Positions 9,854-19,796 are shown, counted from the stretch's first letter. The stretch is DNA of 64,000 bases from an uncultured bacterium (GCA_950073265.1 CATMPJ010000001.1:11522-75521); one strand, 5' to 3'. The notes: generated by a model from the sequence alone, not told the origin. Translations and numbers: made by a program.

Positions 9854-11635
9854 CTAGATTTCAGACCAAGAATCGACATTCCATCCCCCAGAGGGGCCAC
9901 TAGAAAAATTGATGTCGGCCATCCCAGTCAGATAATTTATCTGTGTGCCGCCGGACATTGAGATTTTGTAGGCGGTTGCTTGGTTTGCGATAGCTCCACC
10001 AGTAAATTTTATGGTGCCCTGTTGGGCATTCAAAATGACTGAGTCGGTTCCTCCTGACACTTCAACCGCTGACGTTGAGCCACAACCAGGACCATCGGGA
10101 CAATCACTAGTGGTGACCACCAAAACATAACTATCACTACCGCCGTTTCCAGATATTGTACCGCCGCCGGACATTTTGATGTTTCCATCACTCACAATAA
10201 CGCCTGGGTCTGAGCCATAACTAAGCGCAAGTCTTAAAGAAGCGCCTCCATTGACCGTAATGTCACCGGTTACATACAACGTCCCTGCAACCGTTACTAC
10301 CGCTCCTGCGCCGACATTTAAATCTCCCTCGATTTTTCCCGGCCCGATTACAGCCGTGTCAGCGCCACCGTACGTTTGATTACCAACTATAACCCCTCCC
10401 GCAGTTGCTTCATCTTTCCAATCTTGGATGTTGCCGTCAGAGATTGGAAACGGTTGCTCTGTTGGATCGGGTCTTGATGTGTTACAAGCTTTGTTATTGC
10501 CATTTGATGCCTGACAGTAAATTGTTCCATTCGCCGTTACATTAGTTACTTCGTGTGCCCAAACATCGCCACCATTTTGACCGACAGTTACGCCTTTAAT
10601 CAACCCCGTCTCGCCCCCGACGTAGATATCGAAATAGCTATCGAGCGTACTTGGAGATACGGCTGACCAGGTTCCTCCGTTATTACTCCTCCATTCTCCG
10701 GCTTTTGCTATTCCGTCGGCGTACGAGTTGCTTGCCGCAGCTACAGCGTAGTTACTCCCCCAAGTGGTAGAAGTATCTAGCACTAACCAGTAGGTGGTTC
10801 CAGGTGTGAGTGAAACAGTCGAATCAAAAGGTACTGAAAGGTAGTTATATGAAGTAGTAACTTGGTAGGTATCAATGTTGGCGCTCGCCAGAGTTGTTTT
10901 GTTTGGCTGGTTACCTGATTTGTTCGTGACAATCCGCAACGTTACGTCGTTCATCCAGCCAGTCGTTGTTCTTTTGAGATATAAACGCACAGCAGTAACG
11001 GGTGTAGTCGTTGAAACTGTAAAACTCTGAGCGAAATCTTGCGGCGTAGCGTTTCCGCCAAAAGCAATTTCGTTCGTGGGTGTAGCTGGGCCAGTACTAG
11101 ACTGATCGGCAGTTGGACTTGATTGACTAGCTACCGTTGCGCCACCGGTAATCCGAGGTCCTCCACTGCCGATAATATTTCCATTCGAATACACGTTACC
11201 GTTAACCACCGCGCCACCACCTAGCTCAAACCCTCCCCGCCCGGCCTGCAATCCGTAATTGAAGCTCACACCCTCTCCTTTAGAAACATTGGTTTCAATA
11301 CTGCGAAAGAATCCATCCGTCTCGGAATCTACTCTGATGGTTTTTGTGTCTGAACCTGACGAGACTAAAATTGTTGCGGTAGCGTTACCCAACTCTAGTG
11401 TTTCTGAAGAATGTAGGGTAAAGCCGTTTTTAAGACGATACATCGACTCCTCAACGGCACTGTTCGCGACTAGAAATGACTGGGTTGAGCGGACTGAGCC
11501 AGTTGCCGCTTGGCTTGTGGCATATACAGGCGCAATAATTGCTGCAACCAAAAAGAACGTTATCGATACAAAAAGTAACCCGTTGAGGAGGAGTATGTAT
11601 CCTCGTGTTGATTTTCTTTTCGCAACATTAATCAT
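9854..11635 (-). CDS. Large secreted Gly/Thr/Ser-rich repeat protein in the type IV pilus operon (putative pilus-associated adhesin or tip protein)
   Basis: 593 aa with an N-terminal hydrophobic anchor, then low-complexity beta-rich repeats (GGxxxGN, TVTANGT...). Overlaps the upstream minor pilin by 8 nt. Confidence 0.5.
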   Translation of the reverse strand: MINVAKRKSTRGYILLLNGLLFVSITFFLVAAIIAPVYATSQAATGSVRSTQSFLVANSAVEESMYRLKNGFTLHSSETLELGNATATILVSSGSDTKTIRVDSETDGFFRSIETNVSKGEGVSFNYGLQAGRGGFELGGGAVVNGNVYSNGNIIGSGGPRITGGATVASQSSPTADQSSTGPATPTNEIAFGGNATPQDFAQSFTVSTTTPVTAVRLYLKRTTTGWMNDVTLRIVTNKSGNQPNKTTLASANIDTYQVTTSYNYLSVPFDSTVSLTPGTTYWLVLDTSTTWGSNYAVAAASNSYADGIAKAGEWRSNNGGTWSAVSPSTLDSYFDIYVGGETGLIKGVTVGQNGGDVWAHEVTNVTANGTIYCQASNGNNKACNTSRPDPTEQPFPISDGNIQDWKDEATAGGVIVGNQTYGGADTAVIGPGKIEGDLNVGAGAVVTVAGTLYVTGDITVNGGASLRLALSYGSDPGVIVSDGNIKMSGGGTISGNGGSDSYVLVVTTSDCPDGPGCGSTSAVEVSGGTDSVILNAQQGTIKFTGGAIANQATAYKISMSGGTQINYLTGMADINFSSGPSGGWNVDSWSEI

Positions 11636-12128
11636 ATGACTCTCTTAAAATTGCTAAGCCAGTATACGTGCGCGTCTCTTGCCCATCACGAATGTCGTAG
11701 GTAATAGCAAGTTCGTATCGGATTGCTTGAGAAACTGGAGTGGTAATTTGGGTAATGTAGAAACGTGACACGCTTTGAGTATCTGGGCTTAAACTGAGGG
11801 CAGTACCATCATCAATTTGCACCTGCATGATATCGTCGACAACTGAAAAGACCGTACTACCAGAAGTGGTTTCGATGGTTACGTAGCCAATATTACTCTC
11901 AAGTGAGGAATTGTTTATATCAATGCCGGTCCCCGATCTTGTCTCACGGACGATTTGACCAATTATTGCTCCGCCTGCTCGGTCAGCCTGAGAGCGGGCA
12001 ACGGTGTCACTATATAAGAAATATGTAGACAAGATAAAGTAAGCAATAACACTTAGCAATAGGACTGCTACAACTAAATAAACGAGTAACTCAACTAACA
12101 CAAAACCGGTTGAACCTTTAGTTTTCAT
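11628..12128 (-). CDS. Prepilin-type N-terminal cleavage/methylation domain protein (minor pilin / pseudopilin)
   Basis: MKTKGSTG|FVLVELLV class-III signal with G-1, F+1, E+5. An alternative start MYMK lies at 12134. Overlaps the upstream gene. Confidence 0.65.
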   Translation of the reverse strand: MKTKGSTGFVLVELLVYLVVAVLLLSVIAYFILSTYFLYSDTVARSQADRAGGAIIGQIVRETRSGTGIDINNSSLESNIGYVTIETTSGSTVFSVVDDIMQVQIDDGTALSLSPDTQSVSRFYITQITTPVSQAIRYELAITYDIRDGQETRTYTGLAILRESYD

Positions 12129-12600
12129 ATACATTGTGAATGAGAAACTCGCCATCTGTTAAGAATTTTGCATCTGCTGTTCGATAGACTGAGACAACGG
12201 CCTGCAATGAATCGGAGTCAACATCACCGTTATCATCTAAGACACCGTCCATATCACGACGAACTTCATCGAACACTACTTCGGTGTAGTAATCTTCGCT
12301 GGTTGGTTGTGTCGATGAAAGGGCATAACTATTAGATAAGCGCTCAAGATAATATGTGGTGCCGATTGTAGCCGCTCCGATAGAGCTTGACCACGATGTG
12401 TCCCGCATAATCTGCAATGCTTCTGCGCTCTCATCAATCCGTAAAAAAGCTTGCATTTGATTACTAGAAGAGGTGCCGAGTCGGATCACTGACACCAAAG
12501 CAGCAGACACTGCCAATGTCATAGTGATCACTAAGGCACTGACGATGATTATTTCAACGGTGCCAAATCCCCCCTGTTGATTGCTTTTATCGTAAAACAT
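12118..12600 (-). CDS. Prepilin-type minor pilin / pseudopilin
   Basis: Leader ...NQQGG|FGTVEIIIV with E+5, followed by a hydrophobic helix. Confidence 0.65.
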   Translation of the reverse strand: MFYDKSNQQGGFGTVEIIIVSALVITMTLAVSAALVSVIRLGTSSSNQMQAFLRIDESAEALQIMRDTSWSSSIGAATIGTTYYLERLSNSYALSSTQPTSEDYYTEVVFDEVRRDMDGVLDDNGDVDSDSLQAVVSVYRTADAKFLTDGEFLIHNVYEN

Positions 12601-12613
12601 ATGTATCTACTAA

Positions 12614-13078
12614 TTAAGGTAGCACATTAATTGCACCCCCTTCGCTAACAGTGATACTTTGTGAAACAGTATCATCAGCCACAAGTGAAACCGATATAGT
12701 TGCTGCTTCGTTCGCAAAACCAGTCAAACGCGCAAAGACAATTTCTTCGTCACCTGAGAGATTCGTACTTAGTTCTAAATCACTGTCTAATGTATATACC
12801 TGCTCATCATCTCTGGTGTCATACGATGTTCCGCTAAATAATTCATACGAGTCAGTGTTGAATTTTACCCCTTGTGGTAGGTTGTCCCTGCCCGCCAGGG
12901 CATCACTCTTCGCCAGTTCCAGTGTCGCAACTATAGATTGTGTTGCTTGTTCGACTTTTTTCACCGCGCGTAGCTCGATGTAGCTTGATACACCCCAAGC
13001 TGCGAGAATGAGTAGAATAAAAATAACCACCAGCATTTCGATTACACTAAATCCGTGTTGGTTATTTTTTTTACACAT
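12614..13078 (-). CDS. Type IVa pilin (PilA-like)
   Basis: MCKKNNQHG|FSVIEMLVVIFILLILAAWG, a canonical prepilin leader with N-methyl-Phe context. I chose the ATG at 13078; the ORF-track start at 13210 overlaps pilC. Confidence 0.7.
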   Translation of the reverse strand: MCKKNNQHGFSVIEMLVVIFILLILAAWGVSSYIELRAVKKVEQATQSIVATLELAKSDALAGRDNLPQGVKFNTDSYELFSGTSYDTRDDEQVYTLDSDLELSTNLSGDEEIVFARLTGFANEAATISVSLVADDTVSQSITVSEGGAINVLP

Positions 13079-13079
13079 A

Positions 13080-14312
13080 CTACCCAATACCGTCTGAAAT
13101 TGAATAAATCGGGGCAATGAGCGCCAGCGCGAAAAATCCGACTCCGGCACCGATGACCACCATAAGGAGGGGCTCGATGATTGTCGATAGGTCTTTGGTC
13201 TTGCGTTCAACTTCCGTTTCGTAGAAGTTGGCCAACTCGCCCAACATATTTGAAATCTGACCGGTTTCTTCGCCGACCAAGATCATTTCTCCCACCAACA
13301 CTGGATACAGCTTCTTTGCCTCAATAAACGGTTCGGAGAGTGGCGTACCTTTTTCAACTCGTCTGGCAGCATCGCGAATCACTCGTTTATAGTAAACATT
13401 CTGAAGAACCTCTTCAGTGATTTCAATAGATTGCAAGACATCGACACCAGACTCGAGAAGCGACGATAACGTCCGTGCAGTCTGAGCTGAATTTGCTTCC
13501 TTCGCAATTTGCCCAATAACCGGCAGGCGGACTACCGTCCAAGACACCGCACGTTTACCTGTTTTACTGCGCACGAAAGAAATGAGTGCGACCACAATTG
13601 CGGCAAAGCCACCCAATACCAATAACGGATGAGCCGCCATGATGTCGCTGGCGGCAATTAAAAACTGAGTGGTCTTCGGCAACTCCTTATCCATACCAGC
13701 AAACACCCCCGTAATTTTTGGCATGACGTAAATCATCATCAAGATAGCAATGACAAGCATAACCGTAATTACAATTGATGGGTAGATCATCGCGCCCTTT
13801 ATTTTTTTCTTGAGGTTACTTGCCCGCTCCATCTGAATCGCCAACGTTTGCAACGATCTTGCTAGTTGCCCACTTTCTTCGCCGGCTCGCACCATCGCCA
13901 CGTACAAATCATTAAATTCCTTGGGGTGCGCTTTTAATGCGTCATAGAATGAAACACCTTGCTTTATTTGTTCACTAATATTGCGTGTTACAACTTTTAG
14001 TCGAGGGTTGGTTGTTTGTCGTTCAATTACCGACAAGCCACGCGTTACCGTGAGACCAGCCGAAAGCATTGAGCCCAGGTTACGAGTAATCATAACTAAT
14101 TCATCATCTTTAACTCTACTTAAAAAGTAGTTGATGCGTTCCATACTCAGCCAATCTTTCAGACTGAATTTTGATGCTTCATGTATGTCTGTGACCGTGT
14201 GGTTTTGTTCTCGGGCAATCTTGTACACCGCAAATCTATCAGCTGCTTCAACGGTTTCTCGTACTGGTTTTCCAGAACTATTTTCTCCTGAATAAATAAA
14301 TGTCGCCATCAT
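13080..14312 (-). CDS. pilC: Type IV pilus assembly platform protein PilC (GspF family)
   Basis: 410 aa with two T2SS_F repeats and 3 TM segments. Confidence 0.85.
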   Translation of the reverse strand: MMATFIYSGENSSGKPVRETVEAADRFAVYKIAREQNHTVTDIHEASKFSLKDWLSMERINYFLSRVKDDELVMITRNLGSMLSAGLTVTRGLSVIERQTTNPRLKVVTRNISEQIKQGVSFYDALKAHPKEFNDLYVAMVRAGEESGQLARSLQTLAIQMERASNLKKKIKGAMIYPSIVITVMLVIAILMMIYVMPKITGVFAGMDKELPKTTQFLIAASDIMAAHPLLVLGGFAAIVVALISFVRSKTGKRAVSWTVVRLPVIGQIAKEANSAQTARTLSSLLESGVDVLQSIEITEEVLQNVYYKRVIRDAARRVEKGTPLSEPFIEAKKLYPVLVGEMILVGEETGQISNMLGELANFYETEVERKTKDLSTIIEPLLMVVIGAGVGFFALALIAPIYSISDGIG

Positions 14313-16063
14313 TACTCATTAATTACTCGTAATACTTCTTCAATTGAAGTAAGTCCCTGGGCTGCTTTGAAAATACCGTCTTCAATCATTCGAAGCATAC
14401 CTTCCTTTTCCGCTTGCGCCTGTACCTCGTCACCAGTCTTTTCAGCGATGACCATTTCTTTAAGCGCCGGTGACATTTCAATCACTTCATGAATACCCAT
14501 TCGCCCATGGTAGCCGTCCTCTGTCTTACCTTTCTCTTTTGGTCTAAAGAAGTCAACATCATTCCAAGTGGCATCCTTTTTAATAACACCTTCATCTTTC
14601 AGACTCTCAAGAATCTTATCCAGATCAACCTTTTCTTGTAGTTCATCACGCTCGGCCTTAGATAATTTATACGGAATCTTATCGTCTGCCAGTTTTCGCA
14701 CTAGTCGTTGTCCAACCGCCACCCGCAGAGTCGATACCAACAAGAACGGTTCCGCACCCATATCTATAAGTCGTGCAATTGTGCCGGTGGCTGAGTTGGT
14801 GTGGAGTGTGGCGAGCACTAAGTGACCAGTCAGGGCAGCATTTATCGCTAGGCTCGCGGTCTCTTGATCACGGATCTCACCCACCATAATAATGTCCGGA
14901 TCTTGACGCATAAGAGAGCGAAGGCCGGCAGCAAAGGTAAATCCGATTTCTGGCTTTACCTGCGACTGGTTGATGCGTGGCATCTGATATTCAATCGGAT
15001 CTTCAATCGTAGAAATATTTACTTCCGGGGTGTTTAAGATATCCAGAATTGTATACAGAGTAGTAGACTTACCAGAACCGGTTGGTCCAGTCACCAATAT
15101 AATTCCGGTAGTAGCGCGAGTGGCACGATGGATCCGATCGAGTGTGCTGCCGTGAAAACCAATCCCCTCAAGCGAAAAACCACTCCGGTTTTCTCGCAAC
15201 AAACGCATAACGATCTTCTCGCCATAAAAAATTGGCAAAATCGATACGCGAAAAGCCACTTTCTGTCCGTCCATTTCCATCTTGAATCGACCATCTTGCG
15301 GAAGACGCTTTTGGTCGAGCTTAAGATTTGATAACACTTTAACCCGTGCAGCGATACTCCCAGCCGCAATCTGCGGCAATCGCATAGCATCATGCAGTAC
15401 ACCGTCTACGCGATAGCGTACAATCATTTCTTCTTCCATCGGCTCAATATGGATATCGGAAGCACCTTGAATGATGGCGTGCCGGAGTAATGTGTCAACA
15501 ATCCGTACCACCGGCAAGTCCTCAGCTGCCTTCTTGAGCTGGCTTTCCGTTAGTTCTTCGCCGTTTTCCTCTTCTAAAACTTTGAGTTTAGAAGCGTCTT
15601 GCATGATGAGATCACCAAATTCATCTTTCAGATTTTTTTGGTAAAGCCGCAGAGCTGAGCGCATTGACTCTGTGTCGGTGAGTCGAGCTTGAATTTTTAA
15701 GCCTACCTTCTTTTTAATGAAATCGATGGCCGGCAAGTCAGCAGTATCAAGCATAGCGACTTCAAGTGAGTCTTCATTTTTCTTGAAGGCAATAATATTG
15801 TGTTTACGCGCAACTGGCTCAGGAATAATGGTGAGCGTATCGAAATCTATTTTTTGGTCTTTTAGTGAGACAAACGGGATACCTAACACATACGACTCCA
15901 CCCGACGCATATCGTCTTCCGTCATATGCCCGTGCGAAATTAAAGCTTCTGCTAGAGAGCGATTTTCTTCTTTGGCAATTTTTTCGGCCGCAATTAAATC
16001 AGCCTTACTAACAAGCCCGGCATCGACGAGAAATCGTTTGAGTTGTTCGTCTTTAATACGCAT
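14312..16063 (-). CDS. pilB: Type IV pilus assembly ATPase PilB (GspE family)
   Basis: N-terminal GSPII_E_N domain, Walker A GPTGSGKSTT, Asp/His boxes. 1-nt overlap with pilC. Confidence 0.9.
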   Translation of the reverse strand: MRIKDEQLKRFLVDAGLVSKADLIAAEKIAKEENRSLAEALISHGHMTEDDMRRVESYVLGIPFVSLKDQKIDFDTLTIIPEPVARKHNIIAFKKNEDSLEVAMLDTADLPAIDFIKKKVGLKIQARLTDTESMRSALRLYQKNLKDEFGDLIMQDASKLKVLEEENGEELTESQLKKAAEDLPVVRIVDTLLRHAIIQGASDIHIEPMEEEMIVRYRVDGVLHDAMRLPQIAAGSIAARVKVLSNLKLDQKRLPQDGRFKMEMDGQKVAFRVSILPIFYGEKIVMRLLRENRSGFSLEGIGFHGSTLDRIHRATRATTGIILVTGPTGSGKSTTLYTILDILNTPEVNISTIEDPIEYQMPRINQSQVKPEIGFTFAAGLRSLMRQDPDIIMVGEIRDQETASLAINAALTGHLVLATLHTNSATGTIARLIDMGAEPFLLVSTLRVAVGQRLVRKLADDKIPYKLSKAERDELQEKVDLDKILESLKDEGVIKKDATWNDVDFFRPKEKGKTEDGYHGRMGIHEVIEMSPALKEMVIAEKTGDEVQAQAEKEGMLRMIEDGIFKAAQGLTSIEEVLRVINE

Positions 16064-16171
16064 TCTAAAGTACGCAGGAACCTACAAAACCTCCGTGGTT
16101 AGGTTGATTATAGCATTGCGCTACATGACTTATAAAAGATGTTCACTGAAATATCACGTTATCTTACCTTT

Positions 16172-16200
16172 TTGACAAAACCTTTATTTGTCGGTAAGCT
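16172..16200 (+). promoter_or_regulatory. Putative sigma-70 promoter for nusA (TTGACA-17-TAAGCT)
   Basis: TTGACA at 16172..16177, a 17-nt spacer, TAAGCT at 16195..16200. About 95 nt upstream of the nusA ATG. Confidence 0.5.
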
Positions 16201-16219
16201 ATTGGCAATACTGATGAAT

Positions 16220-16246
16220 GACTGCTCGGCTCTACGCCGAGCAGTC
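16220..16246 (+). promoter_or_regulatory. Perfect 11-bp stem-loop in the nusA leader (possible attenuator)
   Basis: gactgctcggc-tctac-gccgagcagtc followed by ttcgttc. Confidence 0.4.
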
Positions 16247-16293
16247 TTCGTTCAGAGAGCGTTATAAATACAATTAAATATTTTACAAAACAT

Positions 16294-17754
16294 ATGTTTG
16301 ACCTAAAAGTAATCAATTCCGTTCTTACTGAAATGGAAGAAGAGCGCGGAATTTCTCGCGAAAAAATGATGGACGCAATCGAGCAAGCGCTCGCGACAGC
16401 GTACAAAAAAGAATTCGGAAAGCGGGGGCAAATCGTGACCTGTAAATTCAACCTGGACACTGGCGATACTGAGTTTAATCAAGTAAAGATCGTTGTTGAC
16501 GAAGATATGCTAAAGCCAGACCCGGAACTTGACGAGGATGGCAACCCAATTGAAGAAGAAATTGCGGAATCAGAAGACGAAGAGGAGGATACACGAGTTC
16601 GCTTTGACGAAGAAAAGCACATCATGATCAATACCGCAAAAATGATCAAGAAAGATGTACAAGTGGGTGAAGAACTTGTTTTTCCATTGGAACGTAAGGA
16701 TGATTTTGGTCGTATTGCCGCACAAACTGCTAAGCAAGTAGTGATGCAAAAGATTCGTGAAGCAGAAAAAGAGTCAGCTTTATCTGAATTCGGACAAAAA
16801 GCTGGTGATATTGTACTCGGCTTTGTCCAGCGCTTTGAACGTGGAAATCTCTATGTTGACCTTGGCCGCGTGACCGCTATCATGCCGTACGAAGAACAAA
16901 TCCCCGGTGAGCGGTTTAAACCAGGAGAGCGCATTCGGGCATTACTTTTGGCTGTTGAAGAAACACCACGTGGTATTTTCCTAAAACTATCTCGCTCTCA
17001 TCCAGACTTTTTAGTCTCTCTTTTTGCCGTTGAAGCACCGGAACTACAAAACGGCACTGTTGAAGTAAAAGCAGTTGCACGTGAAGCAGGTGCCCGATCT
17101 AAGATCGCTGTACACGCTGCTGATCAGCACATTGACCCAGTTGGATCATTAGTGGGACAGCGTGGTGTACGAGTCTCAACCGTCATGAGTGAACTCGGTG
17201 GTGAAAAAATCGACATCATTGAATGGTCAGAAGATATTCTTGAGTTTATTGAAGATGCGCTCTCACCCGCTCAAATCATTGATATTCGCATGGAAGCCGA
17301 ACCAAATGAAGAAGAGAACGAACGTGGTCACGTGATTGTAGAAGTCGCTGGTGACCAACAGTCACTCGCAATTGGCCGCGGTGGTCAAAATGTCCGCTTG
17401 GCAGCAAAACTGACGGGTTGGAAGATTGATATCGTATCTGCAAATACAGGTGAGGAGCTGGCGGAAGCAGACGAAACAGGCAATACTGAAATCTCTGCTC
17501 CAGCAGATACACCGGCCGGAGAAGACGATACGGTACTTGAAAGTGAAGATGCAACAACGACCAAACCCGACATCGAGGAGGTGCTTGAAGAAGCTGAAGA
17601 AACACAAAATCGTGATGCCTATGGTGACTTTGAAAAAAACGAAGTCGATACTCCAGAAGAGGCTGAAGAACAACTAGCGGAAGCTGAAGCCGGCGAGGAA
17701 CCAATGGGAGAAGCTGAAGTTGAAGTAGCAAATCTAAAAGAAGAGGAAAAATAA
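16294..17754 (+). CDS. nusA: Transcription termination/antitermination factor NusA, with acidic C-terminal tail
   Basis: NusA N-terminal domain (MFDLKVINSVLTEMEEERGISREKMMDAIEQAL), S1 and KH regions, Glu/Asp-rich tail. Confidence 0.9.
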   Translation: MFDLKVINSVLTEMEEERGISREKMMDAIEQALATAYKKEFGKRGQIVTCKFNLDTGDTEFNQVKIVVDEDMLKPDPELDEDGNPIEEEIAESEDEEEDTRVRFDEEKHIMINTAKMIKKDVQVGEELVFPLERKDDFGRIAAQTAKQVVMQKIREAEKESALSEFGQKAGDIVLGFVQRFERGNLYVDLGRVTAIMPYEEQIPGERFKPGERIRALLLAVEETPRGIFLKLSRSHPDFLVSLFAVEAPELQNGTVEVKAVAREAGARSKIAVHAADQHIDPVGSLVGQRGVRVSTVMSELGGEKIDIIEWSEDILEFIEDALSPAQIIDIRMEAEPNEEENERGHVIVEVAGDQQSLAIGRGGQNVRLAAKLTGWKIDIVSANTGEELAEADETGNTEISAPADTPAGEDDTVLESEDATTTKPDIEEVLEEAEETQNRDAYGDFEKNEVDTPEEAEEQLAEAEAGEEPMGEAEVEVANLKEEEK

Positions 17755-17762
17755 ACTTTTTA

Positions 17763-17796
17763 AAAGCGGCGGGCCTATGGCCCGCCGCTTTTTTGA
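17763..17796 (+). terminator. Rho-independent terminator (GC-hairpin family copy 2)
   Basis: aaaagcggcgggcc-tat-ggcccgccgcttttttg. Confidence 0.85.
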
Positions 17797-17911
17797 CTTA
17801 CGACTTACAATAAGGCATATTTGTCCCACTCGCGGACACGACTCCGATGGAGTTACTGTTCGTTGAAACTCAATCTCAAAGTAAATCTAGTACAGGAAAG
17901 GTAAGACAGAA

Positions 17912-19111
17912 ATGTCCCAAGCCAATTCGGAAGGTATGTGGGCCTTCATCAAAGAAAATTCCCTCCTGCTCATTCTGGGCACTTTCATCGCGCTCTGGTG
18001 GGCAAACACTAATTACGAAGGCTATCAGCATTTCGCTCACACGGTCATTCTGACGAATGACTGGGTCGGTGAACTGCATGGTGAGCATCGAGTTCTAACG
18101 GTGCATTACCTCATCAACGATGTTTTGATGGCCCTCTTCTTCGCCATTGCCGGTAAAGAAGTCTGGGAGGCAATCGCACTCCAAAACGGGAGCCTACGGG
18201 GTAGACAGGCACTTACTCCGGTGATTGCTACTGCTGGTGGCGTCATTGGACCAATTGTGGTCTATTTGACGATTGCTGGACTACTCGGCGCGCTCGAAGA
18301 AGCTGGTAATGGCTGGGCAATTCCCACCGCAACCGATATCGCATTCAGCTATTTGGTCGGCAAATGGGTGTTCGGCAAGAACCATCCCGCTGTCGCCTTC
18401 TTGCTGCTCCTAGCAATTGTCGACGACGCCGTCGGCTTGGTGCTCATCGCAGCATTCTATCCCAAGGGTGAAATTCAGTTGGTGTATCTCATGCTGCCGG
18501 TTGTCGCGATGCTGCTCAATTACTTCGTCTTCAATCGGTGGCTGCGGATACTCAACTTTTGGCCCTACCTGATAATTGGTGGGTCAATCAGCTGGCTGGG
18601 GTTCCAGCTTGCCGGGATTCACCCAGCACTAGGACTCCTCCCCATCATCCCGACCATGCCTCACGCGGATTCGGACCCTGGTTTTTTTGCCCAGGAAGAG
18701 GAAGGTTTCCCAGACACACTCAATGCCTTTGAGCACCGGATGGGAGGCTTTGTGCAGCTTGTACTCTTCGGCTTCGCGTTAGCAAACGCTGGAGTGGTCT
18801 TTTCCGCCGTCGGAGATGCAACTTGGCTAGTCTTGGCAGGGCTAGGCATCGGCAAGCCATTTGGCATTCTGCTGTTCGGACTGGCTGGAATTAAGCTGTT
18901 CGGTCTTTCGGAAGGAATGCGAAAAGCTGACCTGTTTGTGGTCGGATGGGTTGCTGCACTCGGATTTACCGTGGCGCTCTTCGTCGCAGGATCAGCCTTC
19001 CCAGAGGGCGCAGTACGCGATGCGGCAAAGACGGGTGCTCTGATGAGCTTCTTCTTCGCTGCAGCTGCACTGCTCACAGGTCGCCTGTGTCGCGTTCAGC
19101 GCGTCAATTGA
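17912..19111 (+). CDS. nhaA: Na+/H+ antiporter NhaA
   Basis: GWAIPTATDIAFSYLVG and the NhaA TM pattern. The gene is GC-richer than its surroundings. Confidence 0.85.
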   Translation: MSQANSEGMWAFIKENSLLLILGTFIALWWANTNYEGYQHFAHTVILTNDWVGELHGEHRVLTVHYLINDVLMALFFAIAGKEVWEAIALQNGSLRGRQALTPVIATAGGVIGPIVVYLTIAGLLGALEEAGNGWAIPTATDIAFSYLVGKWVFGKNHPAVAFLLLLAIVDDAVGLVLIAAFYPKGEIQLVYLMLPVVAMLLNYFVFNRWLRILNFWPYLIIGGSISWLGFQLAGIHPALGLLPIIPTMPHADSDPGFFAQEEEGFPDTLNAFEHRMGGFVQLVLFGFALANAGVVFSAVGDATWLVLAGLGIGKPFGILLFGLAGIKLFGLSEGMRKADLFVVGWVAALGFTVALFVAGSAFPEGAVRDAAKTGALMSFFFAAAALLTGRLCRVQRVN

Positions 19112-19230
19112 CACAGCGACATAAGATTGAGAAAACGCCGGCCTGGCAACAGGTCGGCGTTTTTCTTTTTATTATTCTTTTCAAGCTTAGTTTCGTGGTG
19201 TACGATACGAAAGCTAATCTATACATACAT

Positions 19231-19749
19231 ATGAATCTATTACACGATATCCCAGCCGGAACTGCTGAAGAAATGAACGTTATTGTCGAAATCCCAAAAT
19301 TTTCAAAAAATAAATACGAAATCGATAAGGAAACTGGCATTATTGCCCTCGATCGAGCGATGCACACATCGCAAGACTACCCGTTTGATTACGGGTTCGT
19401 ACCGCAAACACTGTTTGATGACGGTGACGCACTTGATGTAATGCTACTTACCACCTATCCACTCGCGCCTGGCATTTTGGTAAGAGCACGACCAGTGGCT
19501 ATCATGGAAATGATTGATGGTGGCGAACGTGACGATAAGGTGTTGGCGGTCCCAATTGATGATCCACGCTTTGATGAGATCAAAGATTTGGCTGACGTGA
19601 ACAAACACAACATCAAAGAATTCACTCACTTCTTTGAAACGTATAAGAAAGTGCAGAAAAAAGAAGTAAAGATTGGTGAATGGCACGGTGCCGACAAGGC
19701 AAAAGAGGCCTTTGAAAAAAGTATTCAGATGTACAAAGACGGTAAGTAG
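19231..19749 (+). CDS. ppa: Inorganic pyrophosphatase (family I)
   Basis: MNLLHDIPAGTAEEMNVIVEIPKFSKNKYEIDKETG...DYGFVPQTLFDDGDALDVM. I chose the ATG at 19231; the ORF-track ORF begins at 18946 inside unrelated sequence. Confidence 0.9.
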   Translation: MNLLHDIPAGTAEEMNVIVEIPKFSKNKYEIDKETGIIALDRAMHTSQDYPFDYGFVPQTLFDDGDALDVMLLTTYPLAPGILVRARPVAIMEMIDGGERDDKVLAVPIDDPRFDEIKDLADVNKHNIKEFTHFFETYKKVQKKEVKIGEWHGADKAKEAFEKSIQMYKDGK

Positions 19750-19764
19750 ATGTACGGTGAAGTT

Positions 19765-19796
19765 AAAAGCGGCGGGCCATTGGGCCCGCCGCTTTT
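19765..19796 (+). terminator. Rho-independent terminator (GC-hairpin family copy 3)
   Basis: aaaagcggcgggcc-attg-ggcccgccgctttt. Confidence 0.8.

Noticed and set aside
11259-11639. Plus-strand 126-aa ORF antisense to the large pilus-operon protein
   Set aside because: It lies fully inside a longer minus-strand gene that is part of an overlapping operon, and has no start signals. Other antisense ORFs at 8212..8604, 17276..17731, 52749..53186 and 58632..59147 were dismissed for the same reason.
12983-13210. ORF-track extension of the pilin gene to 13210, overlapping the pilC 3' end
   Set aside because: The canonical prepilin leader MCKKNNQHG|F starts at the ATG at 13078, immediately after the pilC stop. 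The upstream extension is non-pilin-like sequence.
18538-19077. Antisense and out-of-frame ORFs inside nhaA (18538..18732, 18661..19077, 18861..19043)
   Set aside because: They sit entirely within the confidently identified NhaA coding sequence. They are a consequence of high GC and few stops, with no family similarity.
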